From Nitrosopumilus sp. (GTDB lineage Archaea > Thermoproteota > Nitrososphaeria > Nitrososphaerales > Nitrosopumilaceae): a DNA stretch of 64,000 nucleotides. The translations under genes and the position numbers were made by a program. Under the pieces are notes generated by a model. It searched no databases. It saw nothing but the letters and a program-made list of their open reading frames with translations, and was not told the DNA's origin. The number at the start of each line of letters is the position of its first letter. Within the stretch, counting starts at the first letter, position 1. Positions 39,870 to 51,061 of the stretch are shown here, in pieces. Location: contig OZ243974.1 of NCBI GenBank assembly GCA_965214775.1, forward strand, positions 1,248,001-1,312,000, given 5' to 3'.

Positions 39870-40895
39870 ATGCTGGCACTAGGACAAGACGAGATTGCAA
39901 AATACCCGTTTTTGGCCGATGCGGGAGACTATCTGAAAGACAAGGGGTTTTCCATCTATGATTTTGGAAAGGATCCTGTCTTAAAGATAACAGTCCAAAA
40001 GGCGGTCCACAGAATCACAACAGCTACGGATGGAAAAATCTACAGCTCGGATCTCATTGACGGACAAGCCTCAAAGGACCATGTTCTTGAACTTGAGGTC
40101 TTTTCGTTTCTTTTAGCCATAGTTTTAATAAAGATCTCCCGCATGCCTACCCTCGTCAAGCGATTTGCTCTTGCAGAGGCCAGAAGGGCAGAGTCTCACC
40201 TGAAAAAGGACCTGGGAAGGGCATCCAATCCCCAGGAGATTGATCTGCTAAAAAAAATAATTCTAGAGCTGTCGGGAATTGAGATAATCAAGCAGGACGA
40301 TTTTTTTACGGTCTCAGTGCCTGACTACCTAAGACAGTCTGCAGCATTTAATGAAAAAGAATGGAAACTAGTCAACCGGCAGGTAAAAAACGGCAAGGTA
40401 CTTCTTAATTCGGAAAAAATAGTCAGACTGCTCAGAAAAGAGATATCAGTCTACATCATCTCAAAGATTAACAAGTCACCGACTCCTGAAATGATTCCCG
40501 GACTGGAAGCCGAAGTGAACGATCTAATCTCCCTTGGCAAAAAATACACGCCCGTTTTTGTCTCCACCGGAGAATACCCCCCCTGCATCAAGCACGCAAT
40601 TGAAGTTCTAGAAAAGGGCGAGAACCTTCCACATGCAGGAAGGTTCATGCTTGCAACGTTCTTGCTATCAAAAGACCAGTCAGTACAGCAAATTGCACCG
40701 TTATTCAAGAACGCGCCTGATTACAACGAGAAAGTGACCCTATACCAGCTGAATAATCTGGCAGGAACCCTGGGAAACGGAACCAGGTATTCCTGTCCCT
40801 CATGTCAGAAATTGCAATCCCAAAGCCTGTGTTTTGTCACATCAGACTGCGATGGCATCATAAATCCAATGCAGTTCGGAAGGAAGAAAAAATAA
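39870..40895 (+). CDS. priL: DNA primase large subunit
   Basis: PPCI, NLPHAGRF, APDYNE and CPSC motifs. Confidence 0.92.
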   Translation: MLALGQDEIAKYPFLADAGDYLKDKGFSIYDFGKDPVLKITVQKAVHRITTATDGKIYSSDLIDGQASKDHVLELEVFSFLLAIVLIKISRMPTLVKRFALAEARRAESHLKKDLGRASNPQEIDLLKKIILELSGIEIIKQDDFFTVSVPDYLRQSAAFNEKEWKLVNRQVKNGKVLLNSEKIVRLLRKEISVYIISKINKSPTPEMIPGLEAEVNDLISLGKKYTPVFVSTGEYPPCIKHAIEVLEKGENLPHAGRFMLATFLLSKDQSVQQIAPLFKNAPDYNEKVTLYQLNNLAGTLGNGTRYSCPSCQKLQSQSLCFVTSDCDGIINPMQFGRKKK

Positions 40896-42019
40896 TGCAA
40901 GAATCCGACATTCAGTTTCTAGAAAACTCGTTCAAAAAATACTATTTTGATCATTTTGATCTGATCCAGGTTCCTGAAAGGGCGCCTGAAAGAGAGTTTG
41001 GATATCAAAAATTCAATTCTGGGATGATTAGGCACATACCAATCAAGGATGGCAGGGAGCTGCGCCTCCTGCTGATGCAAAACACCCCCTCTGACGTATA
41101 CTGCTCAAACGGATACTATACCTTTCCAAACCTGCCCATGAATGAGAAGGACTGGAAAGGGGCCGATCTGATTTTTGATATTGACGCAAAAGATCTAAGC
41201 CTGCCTTGCAGAGACGGCCACACGGTTTCAGTTTGCAACAATTGCAAAAAGATTTCAAAACAAAGTTTCTCCCAATGTATAGAATGCGGTTCAAACAAAC
41301 TAGAGAAAAAATCCCTGCCATGCAAAAACTGCATGGCTGGCTCCAAAAAAGAGGCAGAAAAACTGCTTGATGTTCTGACAAACGACATGGGAATCTCCAA
41401 GGAGGACACCCATGTCTATTTCTCCGGAAACGAGGGGTTTCATGTTCATGTGTACGATCTGGCGTTCCAGAAACTTGGCAGAAGGGAAAGATCGGATCTT
41501 ACTGACTATGTTCTGTTCAAGGGAATAATTCCTGAGACTTTTGGAATTGGAAGATACGGTTCAGACAAAAAATCTTTTCCAGACTTTGGCCAAGAGGGAT
41601 GGCGAGAAAGGTTCTCAGCATACGTCTTTGGATCAAAATCAAAACGCAGTAAAATTCTTGCAGAAATACTTGCAGACGGATATCCGTCTTTTCAAAAGAT
41701 GCTAGATGACGCAGCCAAAAGCATTGGCGTAAAGATTGATCCAAACGTGACGGCTGACATCCACCGCGTCTTTAGGCTGCCAGGCTCAATCAACAGCAAA
41801 AGCGGACTTTCAAAAATTCAGTGCCAGAATCTGGCAAAATTTGATCCCTACTGCGAGTCCTCGTTTCTTGGCGATGAAACTGTTGAAATTCTGGCAAGCT
41901 GCCCTGTTGAATTTAGGCTAAAAAACAAAAAATTTGGCCCATATGACAATGAAAAAGTGACCGTTCCAACCTATGCTGCAGCGTACATGATCTGTAAAAA
42001 ACTGGCAACCATGCCTTGA
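40895..42019 (+). CDS. priS: DNA primase small subunit
   Basis: REFG, LIFDIDAKD, FSGNEGFH and RLPGS motifs. Confidence 0.92.
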   Translation: MQESDIQFLENSFKKYYFDHFDLIQVPERAPEREFGYQKFNSGMIRHIPIKDGRELRLLLMQNTPSDVYCSNGYYTFPNLPMNEKDWKGADLIFDIDAKDLSLPCRDGHTVSVCNNCKKISKQSFSQCIECGSNKLEKKSLPCKNCMAGSKKEAEKLLDVLTNDMGISKEDTHVYFSGNEGFHVHVYDLAFQKLGRRERSDLTDYVLFKGIIPETFGIGRYGSDKKSFPDFGQEGWRERFSAYVFGSKSKRSKILAEILADGYPSFQKMLDDAAKSIGVKIDPNVTADIHRVFRLPGSINSKSGLSKIQCQNLAKFDPYCESSFLGDETVEILASCPVEFRLKNKKFGPYDNEKVTVPTYAAAYMICKKLATMP

Positions 42020-42060
42020 TTTTGCTGGTAAGACATTAATTTGCCAAATCACAACAAAGT

Positions 42061-44919
42061 TTGGTTTTGTATAGCGCCTCTACTGACAAGCAAGCTCCGC
42101 CTCCTGATGCCGGGAAATACATTCGGCTAGGAATTGTGGCCATAATCGGGATTGTGATCTTTGCTATCGTGGGGAACCAGGCAGTAATTCTATCGATGAA
42201 CTTCACCGAATTCGGTGATCAGTTCTCCAAGCCGCTCTATTACACTCTTGTATCTACTATCATACTGGCATCAGTTGCCCTGGCTCGGGTAAATGTTGTT
42301 GGACGGTCTTCGATCTTTTGGTATGCGATTCACACTGCCATGGGATTTCTCTCAAGGGGCAGTCAGCAGGGCATCTCTGGCAACATCACAAGCTTTGGGG
42401 ATTACAGGCTATCCGGTGCGCAATTTGTAATTTGGCAGTTTACAAAAATTTTGCTGTTTGGCGCATTCTTTGCAAACATCATGTTTGGATTTGCCGCAAT
42501 GGCATTCATCGATGGAAACACGATGGGAATTGAAAATATTCCAAGACTGTTCACGCTCCCATTTGTGACCCCCGATACCAACCCGGACTATGCATCAGAA
42601 AACATCATTCCGATGATCCCTGCCTTGATAGTCTTGTTTCCGCCAATCCTTGCAGCAGTCGGATTGCGACTGGTCCTGTATGTGGGAATCCACAGAATCA
42701 TCGGCGTCATCACCTCTTTCTTGAAAGATTCCAATGAGGGAAAGCCACGTTATCTGAATTATGTCTCCACAATTGAGGGGATTCTCGGCATCGGAGTTTT
42801 ATGGGCCGGATTTAATCTGTTTTTTACAGATCAAATCGATTACAACACAAGATATCTGATTGGCGGAACTCTTGTAATTGGCTTTGCATTGATAGCATTT
42901 TCAGTTGCTGACAGAATCAGGGCGCGTGTACTGACACACATGTTCAAAAGAGACGTTTACATCCGTTTCTTGACAATTATCGCAATCACCATAATTGTTG
43001 CAGGGGTTGTTTCTGTCAACAACAGCATTGCAGACGCAAAGAAAATTGAGTTTCTAGGGCCCTATACGGCACAACAAATTGGAGTCAACAGGTATCTGGG
43101 CGAGCTAAACGACATTCAAGAAAACACGCATGACGTGCAACTGACTTCTGTCTCCCCAAACAACATCAACAACTATGTCCAGCAGAACAGCGATGTATTA
43201 GATGTCATCCGTGTCTGGGACTGGGATGCCGCATTTGCAAAACTCAAGCCTGAAATCGGCTTGATTCCATACGTTGACTTTGAGGACAACGACATCTTAC
43301 GCTTCAACAACACTCTGTACTGGACGGCATCCATGAAGCCAATCCTGCCGACATCAGTAAGCCTTGAAAACAGGTGGTATAACGAACACCTAGTTTATAC
43401 CCATGTTCCGGAGGGCTTTCTTACGCTGGAGGCAACTGACGGCCAAATTGTAGACAGTTCCCAATTTTTCAAACAGAGGGAAATTTACTATGGTGAAGGG
43501 GGCTTGTTTGAGCAAACATGGTCTGGATATCCGACTTCACGTTCTGAAAGTGCGGAGCTTGGCGGTGCACTCTATTCGGGCCTTGGAGGTCTGGACGTCT
43601 CGCCTCCTCTCAGCTGGATCTTTGAGCCAAACTTTTTGCTGTCCTTCCCGTCTGAATCAGTTCACATAATGAGATACAAAGATGTTAACGACAGGATGGA
43701 GATTCTTTATCCGTACTTTTTGTATGATCTGTTTGGACAGGAACTGGATTCTCTTCCGGTAACTGATGGAACAAACTCCTACTGGCTGGTTCCTCTGATC
43801 ATCGGATTTGACACCGGTGACGTTCCCTGGTCGGTGGGAAACCCGTATTTGCGGCTGGTCGGCTATGCCCTGATTGATTCTTACAACGGCGACATCCAGC
43901 TGCTCAAAACCGGCGATGATTTCTTTACAGAGATGTTCTACGGCCAGTATTCCGAGCAATTCCAGCCAATGCCTGCATGGCTAGAAGAGCAGATCAGGTA
44001 TCCGGTTGAACTGTTCAACTGGAAAACTGAAATGTATAACATTTACCATGTCACCAATGCAGAAACCTTCATTCAGGCAAATGAATTCTACGAAATCCCA
44101 CGCGGCCTGGACACATACTATGTTGAGGCAAAGCCCCCCGGATTTGAACAAACAGAGTTCCTGGGCCTGCTGTCTCTCGAACTAAGGGGATCACAAGGGC
44201 GAAACCTGGCAGGATACATGGTAGTCGAAAACGATCTAACAAACCTTGGAAATCTCCAGTTCTATGAGGTTCCATTAAACTCTACTACGAAATTAATCGG
44301 CCCTACGGCCGTTCGAGAGGCATTGGACCGGGATCCCGAATTTGCCCAACTCAAAACATTACTGAGAAATCCGAGAATCGGGGATAATATTCTGTATCGC
44401 GTAGGCGATCATGACATTTACTTTATTCCAGTTTATACTGCCGGTGCAGGAGGCGTAGTTGCCCAATTAGGAACAATCGCTGCAGTTGGAGCAGCATTCA
44501 ATGGCGAATATTTTGTCGGACTGGGAGACACCCAAGAAGAGGCCTTTGAGGCCTATCTCAAAAAAGTCTCGGGAGTAGCTCCGACTGTCACCACACCGGA
44601 CAGTGATTATGTTGAATTGCTCCGTGATGACAGAATTGACATCATAAAATCAGTGGTTAGGGGGAATGATGTCTCGATAGCTGAGCCTACGTCAATTCAG
44701 GTTCCAGTCTCGTTTAATGAGGGGCAAACGTTCTTCTTTACTGAAAACGAGCAAGAAGAGACCGAGGCATTTTTGTCCGCATTCATTGATGACTTTGTAA
44801 AACCACGAAGCGACAGAGTCTTCATGTGGCAAGACGACAACAATCTCAACATTGGAACTGTATATGTCAAAGACGGAATTGCTGAGATGCACTACGTTTC
44901 CATAGAGGTTGGAAGCTAA
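42061..44919 (+). CDS. UPF0182-family membrane protein
   Basis: Multiple TM segments with HLVYTH, IYYGE, DSYNG and IRYP motifs. Confidence 0.85.
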   Translation: MVLYSASTDKQAPPPDAGKYIRLGIVAIIGIVIFAIVGNQAVILSMNFTEFGDQFSKPLYYTLVSTIILASVALARVNVVGRSSIFWYAIHTAMGFLSRGSQQGISGNITSFGDYRLSGAQFVIWQFTKILLFGAFFANIMFGFAAMAFIDGNTMGIENIPRLFTLPFVTPDTNPDYASENIIPMIPALIVLFPPILAAVGLRLVLYVGIHRIIGVITSFLKDSNEGKPRYLNYVSTIEGILGIGVLWAGFNLFFTDQIDYNTRYLIGGTLVIGFALIAFSVADRIRARVLTHMFKRDVYIRFLTIIAITIIVAGVVSVNNSIADAKKIEFLGPYTAQQIGVNRYLGELNDIQENTHDVQLTSVSPNNINNYVQQNSDVLDVIRVWDWDAAFAKLKPEIGLIPYVDFEDNDILRFNNTLYWTASMKPILPTSVSLENRWYNEHLVYTHVPEGFLTLEATDGQIVDSSQFFKQREIYYGEGGLFEQTWSGYPTSRSESAELGGALYSGLGGLDVSPPLSWIFEPNFLLSFPSESVHIMRYKDVNDRMEILYPYFLYDLFGQELDSLPVTDGTNSYWLVPLIIGFDTGDVPWSVGNPYLRLVGYALIDSYNGDIQLLKTGDDFFTEMFYGQYSEQFQPMPAWLEEQIRYPVELFNWKTEMYNIYHVTNAETFIQANEFYEIPRGLDTYYVEAKPPGFEQTEFLGLLSLELRGSQGRNLAGYMVVENDLTNLGNLQFYEVPLNSTTKLIGPTAVREALDRDPEFAQLKTLLRNPRIGDNILYRVGDHDIYFIPVYTAGAGGVVAQLGTIAAVGAAFNGEYFVGLGDTQEEAFEAYLKKVSGVAPTVTTPDSDYVELLRDDRIDIIKSVVRGNDVSIAEPTSIQVPVSFNEGQTFFFTENEQEETEAFLSAFIDDFVKPRSDRVFMWQDDNNLNIGTVYVKDGIAEMHYVSIEVGS

Positions 44920-45462
44920 TTGCTTCTTGTCGTGGATAACGGCTCTGTTTTTACCAAAAACTTGACAAATTTTTTAGAAAAAATACACATTTCCTTTGAG
45001 CAAGCCACCCCTGCCACAGTCGGCCTTGATTCACTCTTGGAATATGACTCGTTCATTTTGTCTGGCAGAAGGAAAAACGAAAAAAAGACCAATGAGATAA
45101 ACTCTAAAATTGTCATACATGCAATAGGCAGCAACTCAAAACTGCTGGGTATCTGCTATGGGGCAGAAATTCTTGCAGTCACTCTGGGAGGAACGATAAA
45201 AAAATCAGCTTTATTGCAAAAGGGCGACGAGACTGTCTCTGTTGTTAAGGAAAACCCCCTCTCAAACGATTCGATAAGCGTCTTTGAAAGCCACAGTTTT
45301 GAAATATCAAAACTGCCAGATTCACTAATCCCCGTGGGCACGTCAAACAGCTGCCGATATGAAATCATTCAACACCAAAACGGACTAGTTTTTGGCACTC
45401 AATTTCATCCTGAAATGAGCAGTGATGGCCGGGAATTGATTCAAAAGTTTTGCTCTCTCTGA
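44920..45462 (+). CDS. Class I glutamine amidotransferase (GMP synthase subunit A-like)
   Basis: LGICYG and QFHPE motifs. Confidence 0.85.
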   Translation: MLLVVDNGSVFTKNLTNFLEKIHISFEQATPATVGLDSLLEYDSFILSGRRKNEKKTNEINSKIVIHAIGSNSKLLGICYGAEILAVTLGGTIKKSALLQKGDETVSVVKENPLSNDSISVFESHSFEISKLPDSLIPVGTSNSCRYEIIQHQNGLVFGTQFHPEMSSDGRELIQKFCSL

Positions 45463-45660
45463 GGTTCTGTGTAAGATTGGTGACCTAGAATTTCACCGGA
45501 TTGTCGGGCTTTACCCATGTTGGATTTGGGCTCATATCCACACTTTCCATATGGAAACTTGTTTGAATACCAAGTACACTTTGGACATCTTTTCATGCCT
45601 ATTCTAGCATATTTGTGAGTTAATATGAATAGAGGATCTAAATTGACAAACCAGATAGCT

Positions 45661-45870
45661 TCACACACGCTTTATTTTATTTGGGAACCGTTCTTCAAAT
45701 TTCTTACGCCTCTTTGAGTGGCGTGGTTTTATTTTTAATTTATTTTCACAACACGGGCATGTGTTGGATTTCCATTCAATAAACAGATTACAGACAGGGC
45801 AATATTTTGAATTTTCAGTATCGTATTTTCTGTGCTTTTTGTATTTCAGACAGTGTCTTCTACATGGCAA
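45661..45870 (-). CDS. Small zinc-ribbon protein
   Basis: CPVC...CPCC motif. Confidence 0.55.
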   Translation of the reverse strand: MPCRRHCLKYKKHRKYDTENSKYCPVCNLFIEWKSNTCPCCENKLKIKPRHSKRRKKFEERFPNKIKRV

Positions 45871-45879
45871 TATTCATCA

Positions 45880-46340
45880 CTATGGTTCAACCATCATAAT
45901 TTTAACGGGAACGGATGGGAAGCTGCGATGCAGTCGTTCTATATCGTGTTTTAACTGCTCCCCGTAGGATACTCCGCTTGACATTTCTCTCATCATGTCA
46001 TATGTTGGCACTATTTCCACCCCGACATCAATCTTCCCTGCATTGTAGAAGTGTTGAAACTTGGACATGTCATAGAACATGAAGGCATATTTTCCAAACT
46101 GAACCTCGACGTTAACTTTATCCTTGTTATAATCAATTTGCTTGTAAGATGTTATTTTTTTCATTTCAGTTATCTGTATGTCATACGTGAGACGTATTTC
46201 CTTAAACTGCCTACTAACAAAATTTTCACAAAAACTGTAGTTTAGCTCTGCCGGGTTGTATGGTAATTTTTCACTTCGATTCTTTTCCTTTGATATTTTT
46301 GTTTTAAGCGGGGTTACGCTTGAAATTATATCGTTTATCT
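45880..46340 (-). pseudogene. BglII/BstYI-family restriction endonuclease, frameshifted
   Basis: KQIDY.KDKV.VEVQFGKY, IDVGVEIVP and MSSG motifs. The upstream frame gives KTKISKEK. Confidence 0.7.
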
Positions 46341-46500
46341 CAGTACGGATATGCTACATTGGTATGGATTAAAAAGAAGTGAGGGCGATGATGAACCGCG
46401 TGCAATTCGACTCCCATTTGAGAATGAGAGGATGGATTCAGTATGAGCCCTCACCTTTTGATTCTCATTGTTATATTTTAATTTTCGAGGTGGGTAGCGA

Positions 46501-47762
46501 ATGAACGCAAGAGACCGACGCGCAAGACAGATTATGGAGACTCCGGGCCACGCTACCCAGATAATCGGTGTCAATGATTTTAGGGTCAGATCGCAGTCTG
46601 ATCCATCCAAGTTCTACACCGTATCCAGGACGTGTAGCGGACTGGTATGTGAGTGCCCGGACCACCGGAAGAGGGGCCGACTGCAAGCACATCAAGGTCA
46701 TACTGGAGCTTGTCCGAAAAAACGCGTTCGGGCACGAGGGATTCAGGATCATGGAGAGGTCAAGGCTGAACCTGTGCAAGTTCTGCGACTCTGGAAACGT
46801 CGTCAGGAAGGGATTGAAGAAGAACAAAAGCTCTACAATGCAGATGTTCAAATGTAAAGACTGTAAGAAAAGATTTACTGCAAACTTTGGATTCGAAAAC
46901 AGGAGGTTTGACGAATCCACCATAACGGGCGCGTTGCAGATGTATTATACGGGAATGAGCGTCCGTGACATCTCCAACCATTACGAGATGCTTGGAATCA
47001 GTGTAAGCCACAAGACCGTATACAACTGGGTTAAAGACTATTCTAGGATGACATTGACATACCTCAACGGCATAGTTCCGAGAGTCGGTAGCTGGTTCAG
47101 GGCAGACGAGGTGTGGATAAAGATATCAAGGAAACAATGCTATCTGTTCGCCTCGATGGACGGCGATACCCGCTACTGGCTGGCCTCCGACCTGGCAGAT
47201 AACATGTTCCAGCACAACGCGGACAGTCTGTTACAGCTGACAAAATCACAGGCAGGAAAATCTCCCAGGAACTTCATCACGGACGGCCTGTCAGCCTATG
47301 CCAAGTCCTCAAGGAGGGTATTCGGAAAGGGTACAAACCACGTGAAGCACATCCACCTGGCAAGCAAGCGTGATCATGACAATAACAACAAGATGGAGAG
47401 GCTCAACGGCGAGATCAGAGACCGTGAGAAGGTGTTCAGGGGCCTCAAGAAGATGGACACAGCCATACTTGACGGAATGAGGGTATGCTACAACTATACG
47501 AAAAAGCATGGAAGCCTAGAGGGAAAGATGCCTGCGGAGACATCCTTGATTGCCGTAGACGGGGGGGGGGGTTGTCGCCTAATTCCACCTGCCGGACTCA
47601 ATCCGCACGTTTTTCTGAATCTCCGCCATTTCTGCACGCCTAGTCCGGATAACATCGTATGATTTTCAGAAATTCTGATGAATTAGATGACAACCCCCGT
47701 AGACGGCATCAACAAGTGGAAGACCATCATCCAGAATGCCTCGCTAAGCAAGCATTCGGTCT
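46501..47762 (+). pseudogene. IS6-family transposase (SWIM + zinc finger + DDE), frameshifted and interrupted by MITE B (47563-47697)
   Basis: CECPD..CKH, RADEVW, ITDGL and NNKMERLNG motifs. MITE TSD cgtagacgg. Confidence 0.85.
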
Positions 47763-47870
47763 AGACATAAAATAAAATCTCAATTCAGAGAAGATCCACA
47801 TTCTAGGTCACCAATCTTACACAGAACCCTCTCTGATTGCTTTTAATTACTGCCTGTTGGGAGTAAACCC

Positions 47871-48836
47871 GTGGAAGAAGAGAGCCATGAACTGTTGCTG
47901 CCTATGGTCCAGGAAGAAAACATCTGCCTGCCTTTGCCAATTAATGCCGTATCAAAATATTGGAATGTCGACCTTCCAATGGCCGAGGCAGTTGAAACAT
48001 CCAAGCAATATTCCGGGTTCAATGGGAGTATACTGATTGAAGGAATAGAATCTGCTGAAAGACACGGATTAAGCTGTAAAATCCTACGTTCATCCTTGCA
48101 GGAACTTAAAAAAACCATTGCTGCAGGAATTCCTCCGATAGTGATTCTTCCGGGCGTTCCTGAAATTACCCAACATGCATCTGTGATTACTGGATTCAAC
48201 GATGAGGAAGAAACAATCTTCCATTATGTTCAACAAGGAACTGCCGAAGGCAAACAGCAAGAGGGGGCAATTCCTCAAGACGTATTTGACAGAGAATGGT
48301 CTGAAGAAGGAAGAATATTGATAGTGTTGGCACCAAATGATGTGATGTCTTCCATATCGTTTGAAAATGAAAACAGCAATCAATCTAATCGACTTTGTTT
48401 TGATTCAGAAAGAAGCGTGGTTTTAAGGAATCAGAAAGAAGAAGCCGTGTCCTTGTTAAAAAAAGCAATAGAGTTGGACAGCAAAAATCCAAATGCGTTT
48501 TATCAACTAGGTGCACTGCTTAACGAACAAAACTCTGCTGAATGTATACGGTATTATGAAGAATGCCTAAGAATCAACAGCAGATCGTATCTGTCTTTTA
48601 ACGGATTGGGCAATTTTCATCTAAAAACAAACCAATTTGAAAAAGCTGCAGACTTTTATTCCAAAGCAATCAAGATCGATTCGAAAAGATCCGCCAAAAT
48701 TTACAAGAACCGCGCCTTTCTTCTTGACAAACTAGGAAAAAACTCAGAGGCAAAAGCTGACCTGCAAAACTATCTCAAATATTTTCCTAAAGCCCCGGAT
48801 CGTGGGGTTATCGAACAAGCCATACGTGAGATGTAA
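47871..48836 (+). CDS. Peptidase C39-like domain + TPR protein
   Basis: GIPPIV, HASVITG and C-terminal TPR motifs. Confidence 0.75.
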   Translation: MEEESHELLLPMVQEENICLPLPINAVSKYWNVDLPMAEAVETSKQYSGFNGSILIEGIESAERHGLSCKILRSSLQELKKTIAAGIPPIVILPGVPEITQHASVITGFNDEEETIFHYVQQGTAEGKQQEGAIPQDVFDREWSEEGRILIVLAPNDVMSSISFENENSNQSNRLCFDSERSVVLRNQKEEAVSLLKKAIELDSKNPNAFYQLGALLNEQNSAECIRYYEECLRINSRSYLSFNGLGNFHLKTNQFEKAADFYSKAIKIDSKRSAKIYKNRAFLLDKLGKNSEAKADLQNYLKYFPKAPDRGVIEQAIREM

Positions 48837-48910
48837 TGCGGAATACGGGATTTGAACCCGTGGCCTTCAGCTTGGGAAGCTGACGTCATACCAGACTAAA
48901 CTAATTCCGC
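48837..48910 (-). tRNA. tRNA-Gly (CCC)
   Basis: Cloverleaf GCGGAAT...TCAGC-TTCCCAA-GCTGA...GGTTCAAATCC...ATTCCGCA. Confidence 0.95.
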
Positions 48911-49014
48911 CTGCGCAGACCTTCGGCCAGCCCTCTAAAAATGATTGCCCCTTGCCGCCGGTCTTCCCAAAAATTCCCCGTAAAACGGTTCCAAACTTGA
49001 CATAATTCGGACTA

Positions 49015-49093
49015 TAGCAACGAGCAGAAATAATTGAGGTTTTTTACGTGTAGTTATGACCTACTTTGACTCAAAGACTTCTGCCCGTTGCTA
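49015..49093. mobile_element. MITE family C (IS630-type, TA target)
   Basis: Ends tagcaacg and cgttgcta. Matches 58043-58121. Confidence 0.85.
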
Positions 49094-49136
49094 TATGCTG
49101 CCTGCAGATCCGCCTGCACCACACCCCAAGTCGTGT

Positions 49137-49246
49137 ACGTCTGGGAAGACTGATCTTCAGGTACGAGTTTACGGGATAACTATCGTGACTGTAATATGTC
49201 GTAAATGCGGACGTCTGGGAAGACTGATCTTCAGGTGCGAGTTTAC
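49137..49246. repeat. Repeat-insert-repeat (36+38+36)
   Basis: acgtctgggaagactgatcttcaggt(a/g)cgagtttac occurs twice. Confidence 0.9.
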
Positions 49247-49329
49247 CCCTCACCTGAGTACGATGTGGCAGGCGTGATCATGAAGACTCCAGTCAGTAGT
49301 GTCGCCTGAGGGGTAAACTCTTGCGCCTC

Positions 49330-49751
49330 TGACTGCCGATGACCTGGTAGTGATCGGCAGGGGCCTCAAGTACCAAGAAACGTCCGATTTTATCAAGAAT
49401 GAGACCCTGACTGCGAGCCATTCTGAGCCCGGCCACTCCAGCCAGCAGACAATCATGACCGCCATTAACCTCAAGCGGAGGATGGACGAGACCGAGTCCG
49501 AGGATGGCGCCCATATCCCCAGCAGGTTCCTAGATGAGGAGGGCGGCTGCAGCATGCATCCTGACAGGCCAGGGGTGTGCTATCTCTACATGTTCTTCTC
49601 GTGGCTCGAAAACGAGCAGGCCAGGGCGCGTGTACACGCCATGTGCCAGTTCACAGGCGACTGCCCCGGGTTCTACCTGGCAGACTCTGTTGATCCGATG
49701 ATGAGGGAGCTCGGTGGTGAGGACTCCAAGATTGTCTATGACTATACGATG
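49330..49751 (+). pseudogene. YkgJ-like cysteine-cluster protein fragment between MITE F (49235-49324) and MITE B (49752-49881)
   Basis: FLDEEGGCSMHPDRPGVCYLY motif. Confidence 0.55.
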
Positions 49752-50159
49752 GGGGTTGTCGCCTAATTCCACCTGCCGAACTCAATCCGCACGTTTTTCT
49801 GAATCTCCGCCATTTTTGCGCGCCTAGTCTGGATAACATCGTATGATTTTCAGAAATTCTGATGACTTGGGCGACAACCCCTATACGATGAGATCCGGCC
49901 AGACGGTACGCGAGAGCTTTGGCGCCGTGTCCTTGTAAGAGTTTGCACCCTAGGCGGCGCTGCAGATCATGGTCTTGATGGCCATGCCCTTCACACCGTA
50001 TCTTCAGGAGGGGGTGAACTCTTGCGGGCACGCTGCTTGTGCATAGTACCAACATCAAAAAATGGAATATGATTTTGACACATCATGCCTATTTCGCCAA
50101 AAAAATATTCCATTTTCAGCTGCACGCACTACAGTTCTTATATTGTCCTATTGTGTTAT

Positions 50160-50617
50160 TACTTGTACTGGCACGTAAGAAAATACCCAACATAGATCCA
50201 TTTCGTTATATTCGAAAATCCGATACAGCAAAGCCATTTCAAAACGAACTTCAAAAAATCAATCATGTAACACTTGCAAATATCATCAAAGACAATAAAG
50301 ACAAAACGCATGTGATTGTGTATACCCGTGGCAGACATGTTTTTGCATTTTTGATTTTTGATGATGTCGGAACACACTTTCATCTAAACTTGGTTGAGAC
50401 TAACAGAATTCCTGAATCAAAAACGGTAAGAAGGCCAGGAACTAAACTGATAAAATATGTGGAGATGATTTCCACAAACTACGGTTATGGGAAAATCACA
50501 GTTACAGCACTAGAGGATCTAACTCCCTTCTACGAACAAATGGGATATTCCATATCTGGTTCAATGAAGACTGATCCGACATATGGAAATGTGATAGAAA
50601 TGTACAAGGATCTCTAG
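50160..50617 (+). CDS. GNAT-family acetyltransferase (start uncertain; the upstream ORF extension is MITE H)
   Basis: GTKLI and PFYEQMGY motifs. Confidence 0.7.
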
Positions 50618-50715
50618 CTGGGTACGGGGCAACTCATCACTGCCAGCCAGGCCCGGGTTGGGCGCGCATAACTGTGATTTTCATGTCTAGTCGGCAAGTG
50701 GTGGTGGCCTCGCAT

Positions 50716-50946
50716 CTAGCTGGTAACCAGCGTGGGAGTTTTACTGCTGGCCTGCATCCTGCCTGTATTTATTATGGGCATCTCTGGCAATTCTTCGAGT
50801 TCTGTTATCATCTGTTGTATTATTGCAACTGTTCGCAATCTGGATTCTAGAAATTCCGAGTAGTTCATGCTTTTAGAGGCAGCTAGCATTGATATTGCCT
50901 CATCTAGCTCTGCGCTCAATGTTATGGTTCGTCTTACTTTAGTCAT
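50716..50946 (-). CDS. Ribbon-helix-helix protein
   Basis: RRTITLSAELDEAI...NYSEFLE. Confidence 0.65.
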   Translation of the reverse strand: MTKVRRTITLSAELDEAISMLAASKSMNYSEFLESRLRTVAIIQQMITELEELPEMPIINTGRMQASSKTPTLVTS

Positions 50947-51061
50947 ACTATGATGTGAGCGTTATTGGTTTTAAAGAAATAAAATTAACTACTAAACTTT
51001 ATAACTACCTGAGTATATATCAGCAATATTATGAAGAATTTTGAAATGGCGTGTGAAATCA

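Larger units (their letters stand above)
45463..47829 (+). mobile_element. IS6-family element with passenger genes
   Basis: 29-bp TIR ggttctgtgtaagattggtgacctagaat, 8-bp TSD ctctctga. Confidence 0.9.

Noticed and set aside
48995-49014. ttgacataattcggacta as a dif site
   Set aside because: The second arm is poor even after removing MITE C.
50630-50678. Hammerhead ribozyme or C/D-box sRNA
   Set aside because: The minus strand has GTGATGA but no CTGATGA..GAAA core or well-placed D box.
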